DNA of 64,000 nt from assembly GCA_964057225.1 (NCBI GenBank), contig OZ059895.1, positions 1 to 64,000 of the forward strand. Direction: 5' to 3'. The notes beneath the pieces are model-generated. The model was not told the origin of the DNA and did no database searches. It saw nothing but the letters and a program-made list of their open reading frames with translations. The stretch is from Auanema rhodensis (Eukaryota > Animalia > Nematoda). Both the position numbers and the translations under genes were made by a program. This document shows, piece after piece, positions 43,401-56,800 of the stretch. Position 1 is the stretch's first letter; every line of letters starts with the position of its first letter.

Positions 43401-43700
43401 AAGTTCACGTAAATTTCAAAGTCATGGTTACCATGAACCAATATCAATAAAAATTTGTTTTTAGACTAATATGGACATGGGGAATCTAATTTTGGAAACC
43501 GCATCTCTTTATCTTTCACGTGAAGCAAGTTACATACCAAGTGCACATCACGTGTACATTTAATTAGCATAAATTAAAGTTCACGTAAATTTCAAAGTCA
43601 TGGTTACCATGCACCAATATCAATAAAAATTTGTTGTTAGACTAATATGGACATGGGGAATCTAATTTTGAAAACCGCATCTCTTTATCTTTCACGTGAA
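32664..43700. repeat. Large block duplication (about 32.7-37.6 kb copied at about 39.3-43.7 kb); offset 6604, then 6076 after an extra trimer in the first copy
   Basis: Monomers 32664/39268 and duplications 34986/41590 are offset by 6604 = 37x176 + 4x21 + 8. The 184-bp monomers 37085/43161 are offset by 6076 = 6604 - 528. Confidence 0.82.
37085..37268 (+). repeat. 184-bp variant monomer (8-bp duplication TTTAATTA); further copies start at 43161 and 47653
   Basis: CATTTAATTATTTAATTAGC at 37121-37140. Monomer starts 37085 and 37269 are 184 bp apart. All three copies also share TCTAAATTTG and ATCTTTTTATC. Confidence 0.93.
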
Positions 43701-46700
43701 GCGAGTTACATACCAAGTGCACATCACGTGTACATTTAATTAGCATAAATTAAAGTTCACGTAAATTTCAAAGTCATGGTTACCATGCACCAATATCAAT
43801 AAAAATTTGTTTTTAGACTAATATGGACATGGGGAATCTAAATTTAAAAACCGCATCTCTTTATCTTTCACGTGAAGCGAGTTACATACCAAGTGCACAT
43901 CACGTGTACATTTAATTAGCATAAATTAAAGTTCACGTAAATTTCAAAGTCATGGTTACCATGAACCAATATCAATAAAAATTTGTTTTTAGACTAATAT
44001 GGACATGGGGAATCTAATTTTGGAAACCGCATCTCTTTATCTTTCACGTGAAGCGAGTTACATACCAAGTGCACATCACGTGTACATTTATATAGCATAA
44101 ATTAAAGTTCACGTAAATTTCAAAGTCATGGTTACCATGCACCAATATCAATAAAAATTTGTTGTTAGACTAATATGGACATGGGGAATCTAATTTTGAA
44201 AACCGCATCTCTTTATCTTTCACGTGAAGCGAGTTACATACCAAGTGCACATCACGTGTACATTTAATTAGCATAAATTAAAGTTCACGTAAATTTCAAA
44301 GTCATGGTTACCATGCACCAATATCAATAAAAATTTGTTGTTAGACTAATATGGACATGGGGAATCTAATTTTGAAAACCGCATCTCTTTATCTTTCACG
44401 TGAAGCGAGTTACATACCAAGTGCACATCACGTGTACATTTAATTAGCATAAATTAAAGTTCACGTAAATTTCAAAGTCATGGTTACCATGAACCAATAT
44501 CAATAAAAATTTGTTTTTAGACTAATATGGACATGGGGAATCTAAATTTGAAAACCGCATCTCTTTATCTTTCACGTGAAGCGAGTTACACACCAAGTGC
44601 ACATCACGTGTACATTTAATTAGCATAAATTAAAGTTCACGTAAATTTCAAAGTCATGGTTACCATGAACCAATATCAATAAAAATTTGTTTTTAGACTA
44701 ATATGGACATGGGGAATCTAATTTTGAAAACCGCATCTCTTTATCTTTCACGTGAAGCGAGTTACATACCAAGTGCACATCACGTGTACATTTATATAGC
44801 ATAAATTAAAGTTCACGTAAATTTCAAAGTCATGGTTACCATGCACCAATATCAATAAAAATTTGTTTTTAGACTAATATGGACATGGGGAATCTAAATT
44901 TGAAAACCGCATCTCTTTATCTTTCACGTGAAGCGAGTTACACACCAAGTGCACATCACGTGTACATTTAATTAGCATAAATTAAAGTTCACGTAAATTT
45001 CAAAGTCATGGTTACCATGAACCAATATCAATAAAAATTTGTTTTTAGACTAATATGGACATGGGGAATCTAATTTTGAAAACCGCATCTCTTTATCTTT
45101 CACGTGAAGCGAGTTACATACCAAGTGCACATCACGTGTACATTTATATAGCATAAATTAAAGTTCACGTAAATTTCAAAGTCATGGTTACCATGCACCA
45201 ATATCAATAAAAATTTGTTGTTAGACTAATATGGACATGGGGAATCTAATTTTGAAAACCGCATCTCTTTATCTTTCACGTGAAGCGAGTTACATACCAA
45301 GTGCCCATCACGTGTACATTTAATTAGCATAAATTTACATTTAATTGGCATAAATTAAAGTTCACGTAAATTTCAAAGTCATGGTTACCATGAACCAATA
45401 TCAATAAAAATTTGTTTTTAGACTAATATGGACATGGGGAATCTAATTTTGAAAACCGCATCTCTTTATCTTTCACGTGAAGCGAGTTACAAACCAAGTG
45501 CACATCACGTGTACATTTAATTAGCATAAATTAAAGTTCACGTAAATTTCAAAGTTATGGTTACCATGAACCAATATCAATAAAAATTTGTTTTTAGACT
45601 AATATGGACATGGGGAATCTAATTTTGAAAACCGCATCTCTTTATCTTTCACGTGAAGCGAGTTACATACCAAGTGCTCATCACGTGTACATTTAATTAG
45701 CATAAATTTACATTTAATTAGCATAAATTAAAGTTCACGTAAATTTCAAAGTCATGGTTACCATGCACCAATATCAATAAAAATTTGTTGTTAGACTAAT
45801 ATGGACATGGGGAATCTAATTTTGAAAACTGCATCTCTTTATCTTTCACGTGAAGCGAGTTACATACCAAGTGCACATCACGTGTACATTTAATTAGCAT
45901 AAATTAAAGTTCACGTAATTTTCAAAGTCATGGTTACCATGAACCAATATCAATAAAAATTTGTTTTTAGACTAATATGGACATGGGGAATCTAATTTTG
46001 AAAACCGCATCTCTTTATCTTTCACGTGAAGCAAGTTACATACCAAGTGCACATCACGTGTACATTTAATTAGCATAAATTAAAGTTCACGTAAATTTCA
46101 AAGTCATGGTTACCATGCACCAATATCAATAAAAATTTGTTGTTAGACTAATATGGACATGGGGAATCTAATTTTGAAAACCGCATCTCTTTATCTTTCA
46201 CGTGAAGCGAGTTACACACCAAGTGCACATCACGTGTACATTTAATTAGCATAAATTAAAGTTCACGTAAATTTCAAAGTCATGGTTACCATGAACCAAT
46301 ATCAATAAAAATTTGTTTTTAGACTAATATGGACATGGGGAATCTAATTTTGAAAACCGCATCTCTTTATCTTTCACGTGAAGCGAGTTACATACCAAGT
46401 GCACATCACGTGTACATTTAATTAGCATAAATTAAAGTTCACGTAAATTTCAAAGTCATGGTTACCATGAACCAATATCAATAAAAATTTGTTTTTAGAC
46501 TAATATGGACATGGGGAATCTAAATTTGAAAACCGCATCTCTTTATCTTTCACGTGAAGCGAGTTACACACCAAGTGCACATCACGTGTACATTTAATTA
46601 GCATAAATTAAAGTTCACGTAAATTTCAAAGTCATGGTTACCATGCACCAATATCAAAAAAAATTGGTTTTTAGACTAATATGGACATGGGGAATCTAAT

Positions 46701-49700
46701 TTTAAAAATCACATCTCTTTATCTTTCACGTGAAGCGAGTTACATACCAAGTGCACATCACGTGTACATTTAATTAGCATAAATTTACATTTGATTGGCA
46801 TAAATTAAAGTTCACGTAAATTTCAAAGTCATGGTTACCATGAACCAATATCAATAAAAATTTGTTTTTAGACTAATATGGACATGGGGAATCTAATTTT
46901 GAAAACCGCATCTCTTTATCTTTCACGTGAAGCGAGTTACAAACCAAGTGCACATCACGTGTACATTTAATTAGCATAAATTAAAGTTCACGTAAATTTC
47001 AAAGTTATGGTTACCATGAACCAATATCAATAAAAATTTGTTTTTAGACTAATATGGACATGGGGAATCTAATTTTGAAAACCGCATCTCTTTATCTTTC
47101 ACGTGAAGCGAGTTACATACCAAGTGCTCATCACGTGTACATTTAATTAGCATGAATTTACATTTAATTAGCATAAATTAAAGTTCACGTAAATTTCAAA
47201 GTCATGGTTATCATGCACCAATATCAATAAAAATTTGTTGTTAGACTAATATGGACATGGGGAATCTAATTTTGAAAACTGCATCTCTTTATCTTTCACG
47301 TGAAGCGAGTTACATACCAAGTGCACATCACGTGTACATTTAATTAGCATAAATTAAAGTTCACGTAATTTTCAAAGTCATGGTTACCATGAACCAATAT
47401 CAATAAAAATTTGTTTTTAGACTAATATGGACATGGGGAATCTAATTTTGAAAACCGCATCTCTTTATCTTTCACGTGAAGCAAGTTACATACCAAGTGC
47501 ACATCACGTGTACATTTAATTAGCATAAATTAAAGTTCACGTAAATTTCAAAGTCATGGTTACCATGCACCAATATCAATAAAAATTTGTTGTTAGACTA
47601 ATATGGACATGGGGAATCTAATTTTGAAAACCGCATCTCTTTATCTTTCACGTGAAGCGAGTTACATACCAAGTGCACATCACGTGTACATTTAATTATT
47701 TAATTAGCATAAATTAAAGTTCACGTAAATTTCAAAGTCATGGTTACCATGAACCAATATCAATAAAAATTTGTTTTTAGACTAATATGGACATGGGGAA
47801 TCTAAATTTGAAAACCGCATCTTTTTATCTTTCACGTGAAGCGAGTTACATACCAAGTGCACATCACGTGTACATTTAATTAGCATAAATTAAAGTTCAC
47901 GTAAATTTCAAAGTCATGGTTACCATGAACCAATATCAATAAAAATTTGTTTTTAGACTAATATGGACATGGGGAATCTAATTTTGGAAACCGCATCTCT
48001 TTATCTTTCACGTGAAGCAAGTTACATACCAAGTGCACATCACGTGTACATTTAATTAGCATAAATTAAAGTTCACGTAAATTTCAAAGTCATGGTTACC
48101 ATGCACCAATATCAATAAAAATTTGTTGTTAGACTAATATGGACATGGGGAATCTAATTTTGAAAACCGCATCTCTTTATCTTTCACGTGAAGCGAGTTA
48201 CATACCAAGTGCACATCACGTGTACATTTAATTAGCATAAATTAAAGTTCACGTAAATTTCAAAGTCATGGTTACCATGCACCAATATCAATAAAAATTT
48301 GTTTTTAGACTAATATGGACATGGGGAATCTAAATTTGAAAACCGCATCTCTTTATCTTTCACGTGAAGCGAGTTACATACCAAGTGCACATCACGTGTA
48401 CATTTAATTAGCATAAATTAAAGTTCACGTAAATTTCAAAGTCATGGTTACCATGAACCAATATCAATAAAAATTTGTTTTTAGACTAATATGGACATGG
48501 GGAATCTAATTTTGGAAACCGCATCTCTTTATCTTTCACGTGAAGCGAGTTACATACCAAGTGCACATCACGTGTACATTTATATAGCATAAATTAAAGT
48601 TCACGTAAATTTCAAAGTCATGGTTACCATGCACCAATATCAATAAAAATTTGTTGTTAGACTAATATGGACATGGGGAATCTAATTTTGAAAACCGCAT
48701 CTCTTTATCTTTCACGTGAAGCGAGTTACATACCAAGTGCACATCACGTGTACATTTAATTAGCATAAATTAAAGTTCACGTAAATTTCAAAGTCATGGT
48801 TACCATGCACCAATATCAATAAAAATTTGTTGTTAGACTAATATGGACATGGGGAATCTAATTTTGAAAACCGCATCTCTTTATCTTTCACGTGAAGCGA
48901 GTTACATACCAAGTGCACATCACGTGTACATTTAATTAGCATAAATTAAAGTTCACGTAAATTTCAAAGTCATGGTTACCATGAACCAATATCAATAAAA
49001 ATTTGTTTTTAGACTAATATGGACATGGGGAATCTAAATTTGAAAACCGCATCTCTTTATCTTTCACGTGAAGCGAGTTACACACCAAGTGCACATCACG
49101 TGTACATTTAATTAGCATAAATTAAAGTTCACGTAAATTTCAAAGTCATGGTTACCATGAACCAATATCAATAAAAATTTGTTTTTAGACTAATATGGAC
49201 ATGGGGAATCTAATTTTGAAAACCGCATCTCTTTATCTTTCACGTGAAGCGAGTTACATACCAAGTGCACATCACGTGTACATTTATATAGCATAAATTA
49301 AAGTTCACGTAAATTTCAAAGTCATGGTTACCATGCACCAATATCAATAAAAATTTGTTTTTAGACTAATATGGACATGGGGAATCTAAATTTGAAAACC
49401 GCATCTCTTTATCTTTCACGTGAAGCGAGTTACACACCAAGTGCACATCACGTGTACATTTAATTAGCATAAATTAAAGTTCACGTAAATTTCAAAGTCA
49501 TGGTTACCATGAACCAATATCAATAAAAATTTGTTTTTAGACTAATATGGACATGGGGAATCTAATTTTGAAAACCGCATCTCTTTATCTTTCACGTGAA
49601 GCGAGTTACATACCAAGTGCACATCACGTGTACATTTATATAGCATAAATTAAAGTTCACGTAAATTTCAAAGTCATGGTTACCATGCACCAATATCAAT

Positions 49701-49950
49701 AAAAATTTGTTGTTAGACCAATATGGACATGGGGAATCTAATTTTGAAAACCGCATCTCTTTATCTTTCACGTGAAGCGAGTTACATACCAAGTGCCCAT
49801 CACGTGTACATTTAATTAGCATAAATTTACATTTAATTGGCATAAATTAAAGTTCACGTAAATTTCAAAGTCATGGTTACCATGAACCAATATCAATAAA
49901 AATTTGTTTTTAGACTAATATGGACATGGGGAATCTAATTTTGGAAACCG
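43161..49950. repeat. Duplicated block of about 13 monomers (43161 to about 45460, and 47653 to about 49950), offset 4492
   Basis: The 184-bp monomer, three TTTATATAGC monomers, the TACACACC monomers and the GTGCCC 197-bp monomer (45315/49807) all recur at 4492 = 25x176 + 4x21 + 8. Confidence 0.85.
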
Positions 49951-50849
49951 CATCTCTTTATCTTTCACGTGAAGCAAGTTACATACCAAGTGCACATCAC
50001 GTGTACATTTAATTAGCATAAATTAAAGTTCACGTAAATTTCAAAGTCATGGTTACCATGCACCAATATCAATAAAAATTTGTTGTTAGACTAATATGGA
50101 CATGGGGAATCTAATTTTGAAAACCGCATCTCTTTATCTTTCACGTGAAGCGAGTTACATACCAAGTGCACATCACGTGTACATTTAATTAGCATAAATT
50201 AAAGTTCACGTAAATTTCAAAGTCATGGTTACCATGCACCAATATCAATAAAAATTGGTTTTTAGACTAATATGGACATGGGGAATCTAATTTTGAAAAC
50301 CGCATCTCTTTATCTTTCACGTGAAGCGAGTTACATACCAAGTGCACATCACGTGTACATTTAATTAGCATAAATTAAAGTTCACGTAAATTTCAAAGTC
50401 ATGGTTACCATGCACCAATATCAATAAAAATTTGTTTTTAGACTAATATGGACATGGGGAATCTAATTTTGGAAACCGCATCTCTTTATCTTTCACGTGA
50501 AGCAAGTTACATACCAAGTGCACATCACGTGTACATTTAATTAGCATAAATTAAAGTTCACGTAAATTTCAAAGTCATGGTTACCATGAACCAATATCAA
50601 TAAAAATTTGTTGTTAGACTAATATGGACATGGGGAATCTAATTTTGAAAACCGCATCTCTTTATCTTTCACGTGAAGCGAGTTACATACCAAGTGCACA
50701 TCACGTGTACATTTAATTAGCATAAATTAAAGTTCACGTAAATTTCAAAGTCATGGTTACCATGCACCAATATCAATAAAAATTGGTTTTTAGACTAATA
50801 TGGACATGGGGAATCTAATTTTGAAAATCGCATCTCTTTATCTTTCACG

Positions 50850-53800
50850 TGAAGCGAGTTACATACCAAGTGCACATCACGTGTACATTTAATTAGCATA
50901 AATTAAAGTTCACGTAAATTTCAAAGTCATGGTTACCATGAACCAATATCAATAAAAATTTGTTTTAAGACTAATATGGACATGGGGAATCTAATTTTGA
51001 AAACCGCATCTCTTTATCTTTCACGTGAAGCGAGTTACATACCAAGTGCACATCACGTGTACATTTAATTAGCATAAATTAAAGTTCACGTAAATTTCAA
51101 AGTCATGGTTACCATGAACCAATATCAATAAAAATTTGTTTTTATACTAATATGGACATGGGGAATCTAATTTTGAAAACCGCATCTCTTTATCTTTCAC
51201 GTGAAGCGAGTTGCATACCAAGTGCACATCACGTGTACATTTAATTAGCATAAATTAAAGTTCACGTAAATTTCAAAGTCATGGTTACCATGCACCAATA
51301 TCAATAAAAATTTGTTGTTAGACTAATATGGACATGGGGAATCTAATTTTGAAAACCGCATCTCTTTATCTTTCACGTGAAGCGAGTTACATACCAAGTG
51401 CACATCACGTGTACATTTAATTAGCATAAATTAAAGTTCACGTAAATTTCAAAGTCATGGTTACCATGCACCAATATCAATAAAAATTTGTTGTTAGACT
51501 AATATGGACATGGGGAATCTAATTTTGAAAACCGCATCTCTTTATCTTTCACGTGAAGCGAGTTACATACCAAGTGCACATCACGTGTACATTTAATTAG
51601 CATAAATTTACATTTAATTGGCATAAATTAAAGTTCACGTAAATTTCAAAGTCATGGTTACCATGAACCAATATCAATAAAAATTTGTTTTTAGACTAAT
51701 ATGGACATGGGAAATCTAATTTTGAAAACCTCATCTCTTTATCTTTCACGTGAAGCGAGTTACAAACCAAGTGCACATCACGTGTACATTTAATTAGCAT
51801 AAATTAAAGTTCACGTAAATTTCAAAGTCATGGTTACCATGAACCAATATCAATAAAAATTTGTTTTTAGACTAATATGGACATGGGGAATCTAATTTTG
51901 AAAACCGCATCTCTTTATCTTTCACGTGAAGCGAGTTACATACCAAGTGCACATCGCGTGTACATTTAATTAGCATAAATTAAAGTTCACGTAAATTTCA
52001 AAGTCATGGTTACCATGCACCAATATCAATAAAAATTTGTTGTTAGACTAATATGGACATGGGGAATCTAATTTTGAAAACCGCATCTCTTTATCTTTCA
52101 CGTGAAGCGAGTTACATACCAAGTGCTCATCACGTGTACATTTAATTAGCATAAATTTACATTTAATTAGCATAAATTAAAGTTCACGTAAATTTCAAAG
52201 TCATGGTTACCATGCACCAATATCAATAAAAATTTGTTGTTAGACTAATATGGACATGGGGAATCTAATTTTGAAAACCGCATCTCTTTATCTTTCACGT
52301 GAAGCGAGTTACATACCAAGTGCACATCACGTGTACATTTAATTAGCATAAATTAAAGTTCACGTAATTTTTAAAGTCATGGTTACCATGAACCAATATC
52401 AATAAAAATTTGTTTTTAGACTAATATGGACATGGGGAATCTAATTTTGAAAACCGCATCTCTTTATCTTTCACGTGAAGCGAGTTACATACCAAGTGCA
52501 CATCACGTGTACATTTAATTAGCATAAATTAAAGTTCACGTAAATTTCAAAGTCATGGTTACCATGAACCAATATCAATAAAAATTTGTTTTAAGACTAA
52601 TATGGACATGGGGAATCTAATTTTGAAAACCGCATCTCTTTATCTTTCACGTGAAGCGAGTTACATACCAAGTGCACATCACGTGTACATTTAATTAGCA
52701 TAAATTAAAGTTCACGTAAATTTCAAAGTCATGGTTACCATGAACCAATATCAATAAAAATTTGTTTTTATACTAATATGGACATGGGGAATCTAATTTT
52801 GAGAACCGCATCTCTTTATCTTTCACGTGAAGCGAGTTGCATACCAAGTGCACATCACGTGTACATTTAATTAGCATAAATTAAAGTTCACGTAAATTTC
52901 AAAGTCATGGTTACCATGCACCAATATCAATAAAAATTGGTTTTTAGACTAATATGGACATGGGGAATCTAATTTTGAAAATCGCATCTCTTTATCTTTC
53001 ACGTGAAGCGAGTTACATACCAAGTGCACATCACGTGTACATTTAATTAGCATAAATTAAAGTTCACGTAAATTTCAAAGTCATGGTTACCATGAACCAA
53101 TATCAATAAAAATTTGTTTTAAGACTAATATGGACATGGGGAATCTAATTTTGAAAACCGCATCTCTTTATCTTTCACGTGAAGCGAGTTACATACCAAG
53201 TGCACATCACGTGTACATTTAATTAGCATAAATTAAAGTTCACGTAAATTTCAAAGTCATGGTTACCATGAACCAATATCAATAAAAATTTGTTTTTATA
53301 CTAATATGGACATGGGGAATCTAATTTTGAAAACCGCATCTCTTTATCTTTCACGTGAAGCGAGTTGCATACCAAGTGCACATCACGTGTACATTTAATT
53401 AGCATAAATTAAAGTTCACGTAAATTTCAAAGTCATGGTTACCATGCACCAATATCAATAAAAATTTGTTGTTAGACTAATATGGACATGGGGAATCTAA
53501 TTTTGAAAACCGCATCTCTTTATCTTTCACGTGAAGCGAGTTACATACCAAGTGCACATCACGTGTACATTTAATTAGCATAAATTAAAGTTCACGTAAA
53601 TTTCAAAGTCATGGTTACCATGCACCAATATCAATAAAAATTTGTTGTTAGACTAATATGGACATGGGGAATCTAATTTTGAAAACCGCATCTCTTTATC
53701 TTTCACGTGAAGCGAGTTACATACCAAGTGCACATCACGTGTACATTTAATTAGCATAAATTTACATTTAATTGGCATAAATTAAAGTTCACGTAAATTT

Positions 53801-56800
53801 CAAAGTCATGGTTACCATGAACCAATATCAATAAAAATTTGTTTTTAGACTAATATGGACATGGGAAATCTAATTTTGAAAACCTCATCTCTTTATCTTT
53901 CACGTGAAGCGAGTTACAAACCAAGTGCACATCACGTGTACATTTAATTAGCATAAATTAAAGTTCACGTAAATTTCAAAGTCATGGTTACCATGAACCA
54001 ATATCAATAAAAATTTGTTTTTAGACTAATATGGACATGGGGAATCTAATTTTGAAAACCGCATCTCTTTATCTTTCACGTGAAGCGAGTTACATACCAA
54101 GTGCACATCGCGTGTACATTTAATTAGCATAAATTAAAGTTCACGTAAATTTCAAAGTCATGGTTACCATGCACCAATATCAATAAAAATTTGTTGTTAG
54201 ACTAATATGGACATGGGGAATCTAATTTTGAAAACCGCATCTCTTTATCTTTCACGTGAAGCGAGTTACATACCAAGTGCTCATCACGTGTACATTTAAT
54301 TAGCATAAATTTACATTTAATTAGCATAAATTAAAGTTCACGTAAATTTCAAAGTCATGGTTACCATGCACCAATATCAATAAAAATTTGTTGTTAGACT
54401 AATATGGACATGGGGAATCTAATTTTGAAAACCGCATCTCTTTATCTTTCACGTGAAGCGAGTTACATACCAAGTGCACATCACGTGTACATTTAATTAG
54501 CATAAATTAAAGTTCACGTAATTTTTAAAGTCATGGTTACCATGAACCAATATCAATAAAAATTTGTTTTTAGACTAATATGGACATGGGGAATCTAATT
54601 TTGAAAACCGCATCTCTTTATCTTTCACGTGAAGCGAGTTACATACCAAGTGCACATCACGTGTACATTTAATTAGCATAAATTAAAGTTCACGTAAATT
54701 TCAAAGTCATGGTTACCATGAACCAATATCAATAAAAATTTGTTTTAAGACTAATATGGACATGGGGAATCTAATTTTGAAAACCGCATCTCTTTATCTT
54801 TCACGTGAAGCGAGTTACATACCAAGTGCACATCACGTGTACATTTAATTAGCATAAATTAAAGTTCACGTAAATTTCAAAGTCATGGTTACCATGAACC
54901 AATATCAATAAAAATTTGTTTTTATACTAATATGGACATGGGGAATCTAATTTTGAGAACCGCATCTCTTTATCTTTCACGTGAAGCGAGTTGCATACCA
55001 AGTGCACATCACGTGTACATTTAATTAGCATAAATTAAAGTTCACGTAAATTTCAAAGTCATGGTTACCATGCACCAATATCAATAAAAATTTGTTGTTA
55101 GACTAATATGGACATGGGGAATCTAATTTTGAAAACCGCATCTCTTTATCTTTCACGTGAAGCGAGTTACATACCAAGAGCACATCACGTGTACATTTAA
55201 TTAGCATAAATTAAAGTTCACGTAAATTTCAAAGTCATGGTTACCATGCACCAATATCAATAAAAATTTGTTGTTAGACTAATATGGACATGGGGAATCT
55301 AATTTTGAAAACCGCATCTCTTTATCTTTCACGTGAAGCGAGTTACATACCAAGTGCACATCACGTGTACATTTAATTAGCATAAATTTACATTTAATTG
55401 GCATAAATTAAAGTTCACGTAAATTTCAAAGTCATGGTTACCATGAACCAATATCAATAAAAATTTGTTTTTAGACTAATATGGACATGGGAAATCTAAT
55501 TTTGAAAACCGCATCTCTTTATCTTTCACGTGAAGCGAGTTACAAACCAAGTGCACATCACGTGTACATTTAATTAGCATAAATTAAAGTTCACGTAAAT
55601 TTCAAAGTCATGGTTACCATGAACATATATCAATAAAAATTTGTTTTTAGACTAATATGGACATGGGGAATCTAATTTTGAAAACCGCATCTCTTTATCT
55701 TTCACGTGAAGCGAGTTACATACCAAGTGCACATCGCGTGTACATTTAATTAGCATAAATTAAAGTTCACGTAAATTTCAAAGTCATGGTTACCATGCAC
55801 CAATATCAATAAAAATTTGTTGTTAGACTAATATGGACATGGGGAATCTAATTTTGAAAACCGCATCTCTTTATCTTTCACGTGAAGCGAGTTACATACC
55901 AAGTGCTCATCACGTGTACATTTAATTAGCATAAATTTACATTTAATTAGCATAAATTAAAGTTCACGTAAATTTCAAAGTCATGGTTACCATGCACCAA
56001 TATCAATAAAAATTTGTTGTTAGACTAATATGGACATGGGGAATCTAATTTTGAAAACCGCATCTCTTTATCTTTCACGTGAAGCGAGTTACATACCAAG
56101 TGCACATCACGTGTACATTTAATTAGCATAAATTAAAGTTCACGTAATTTTTAAAGTCATGGTTACCATGAACCAATATCAATAAAAATTTGTTTTTAGA
56201 CTAATATGGACATGGGGAATCTAATTTTGAAAACCGCATCTCTTTATCTTTCACGTGAAGCGAGTTACATACCAAGTGCACATCGCGTGTACATTTAATT
56301 AGCATAAATTAAAGTTCACGTAAATTTCAAAGTCATGGTTACCATGCACCAATATCAATAAAAATTTGTTGTTAGACTAATATGGACATGGGGAATCTAA
56401 TTTTGAAAACCGCATCTCTTTATCTTTCACGTGAAGCGAGTTACATACCAAGTGCTCATCACGTGTACATTTAATTAGCATAAATTTACATTTAATTAGC
56501 ATAAATTAAAGTTCACGTAAATTTCAAAGTCATGGTTACCATGCACCAATATCAATAAAAATTTGTTGTTAGACTAATATGGACATGGGGAATCTAATTT
56601 TGAAAACCGCATCTCTTTATCTTTCACGTGAAGCGAGTTACATACCAAGTGCACATCACGTGTACATTTAATTAGCATAAATTAAAGTTCACGTAATTTT
56701 TAAAGTCATGGTTACCATGAACCAATATCAATAAAAATTTGTTTTTAGACTAATATGGACATGGGGAATCTAATTTTGAAAACCGCATCTCTTTATCTTT

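Noticed and set aside
49592-49843. 83-aa minus-strand ORF from the ORF track
   Set aside because: It lies wholly within satellite monomers. It is open only because local variants (TTTATATAGC, a private AGACTA-to-AGACCA change near 49718, and the in-frame 21-bp duplication) remove stop codons or supply the start. It has no recognisable domain, and the paralogous block near 45.1-45.35 kb keeps the stop.
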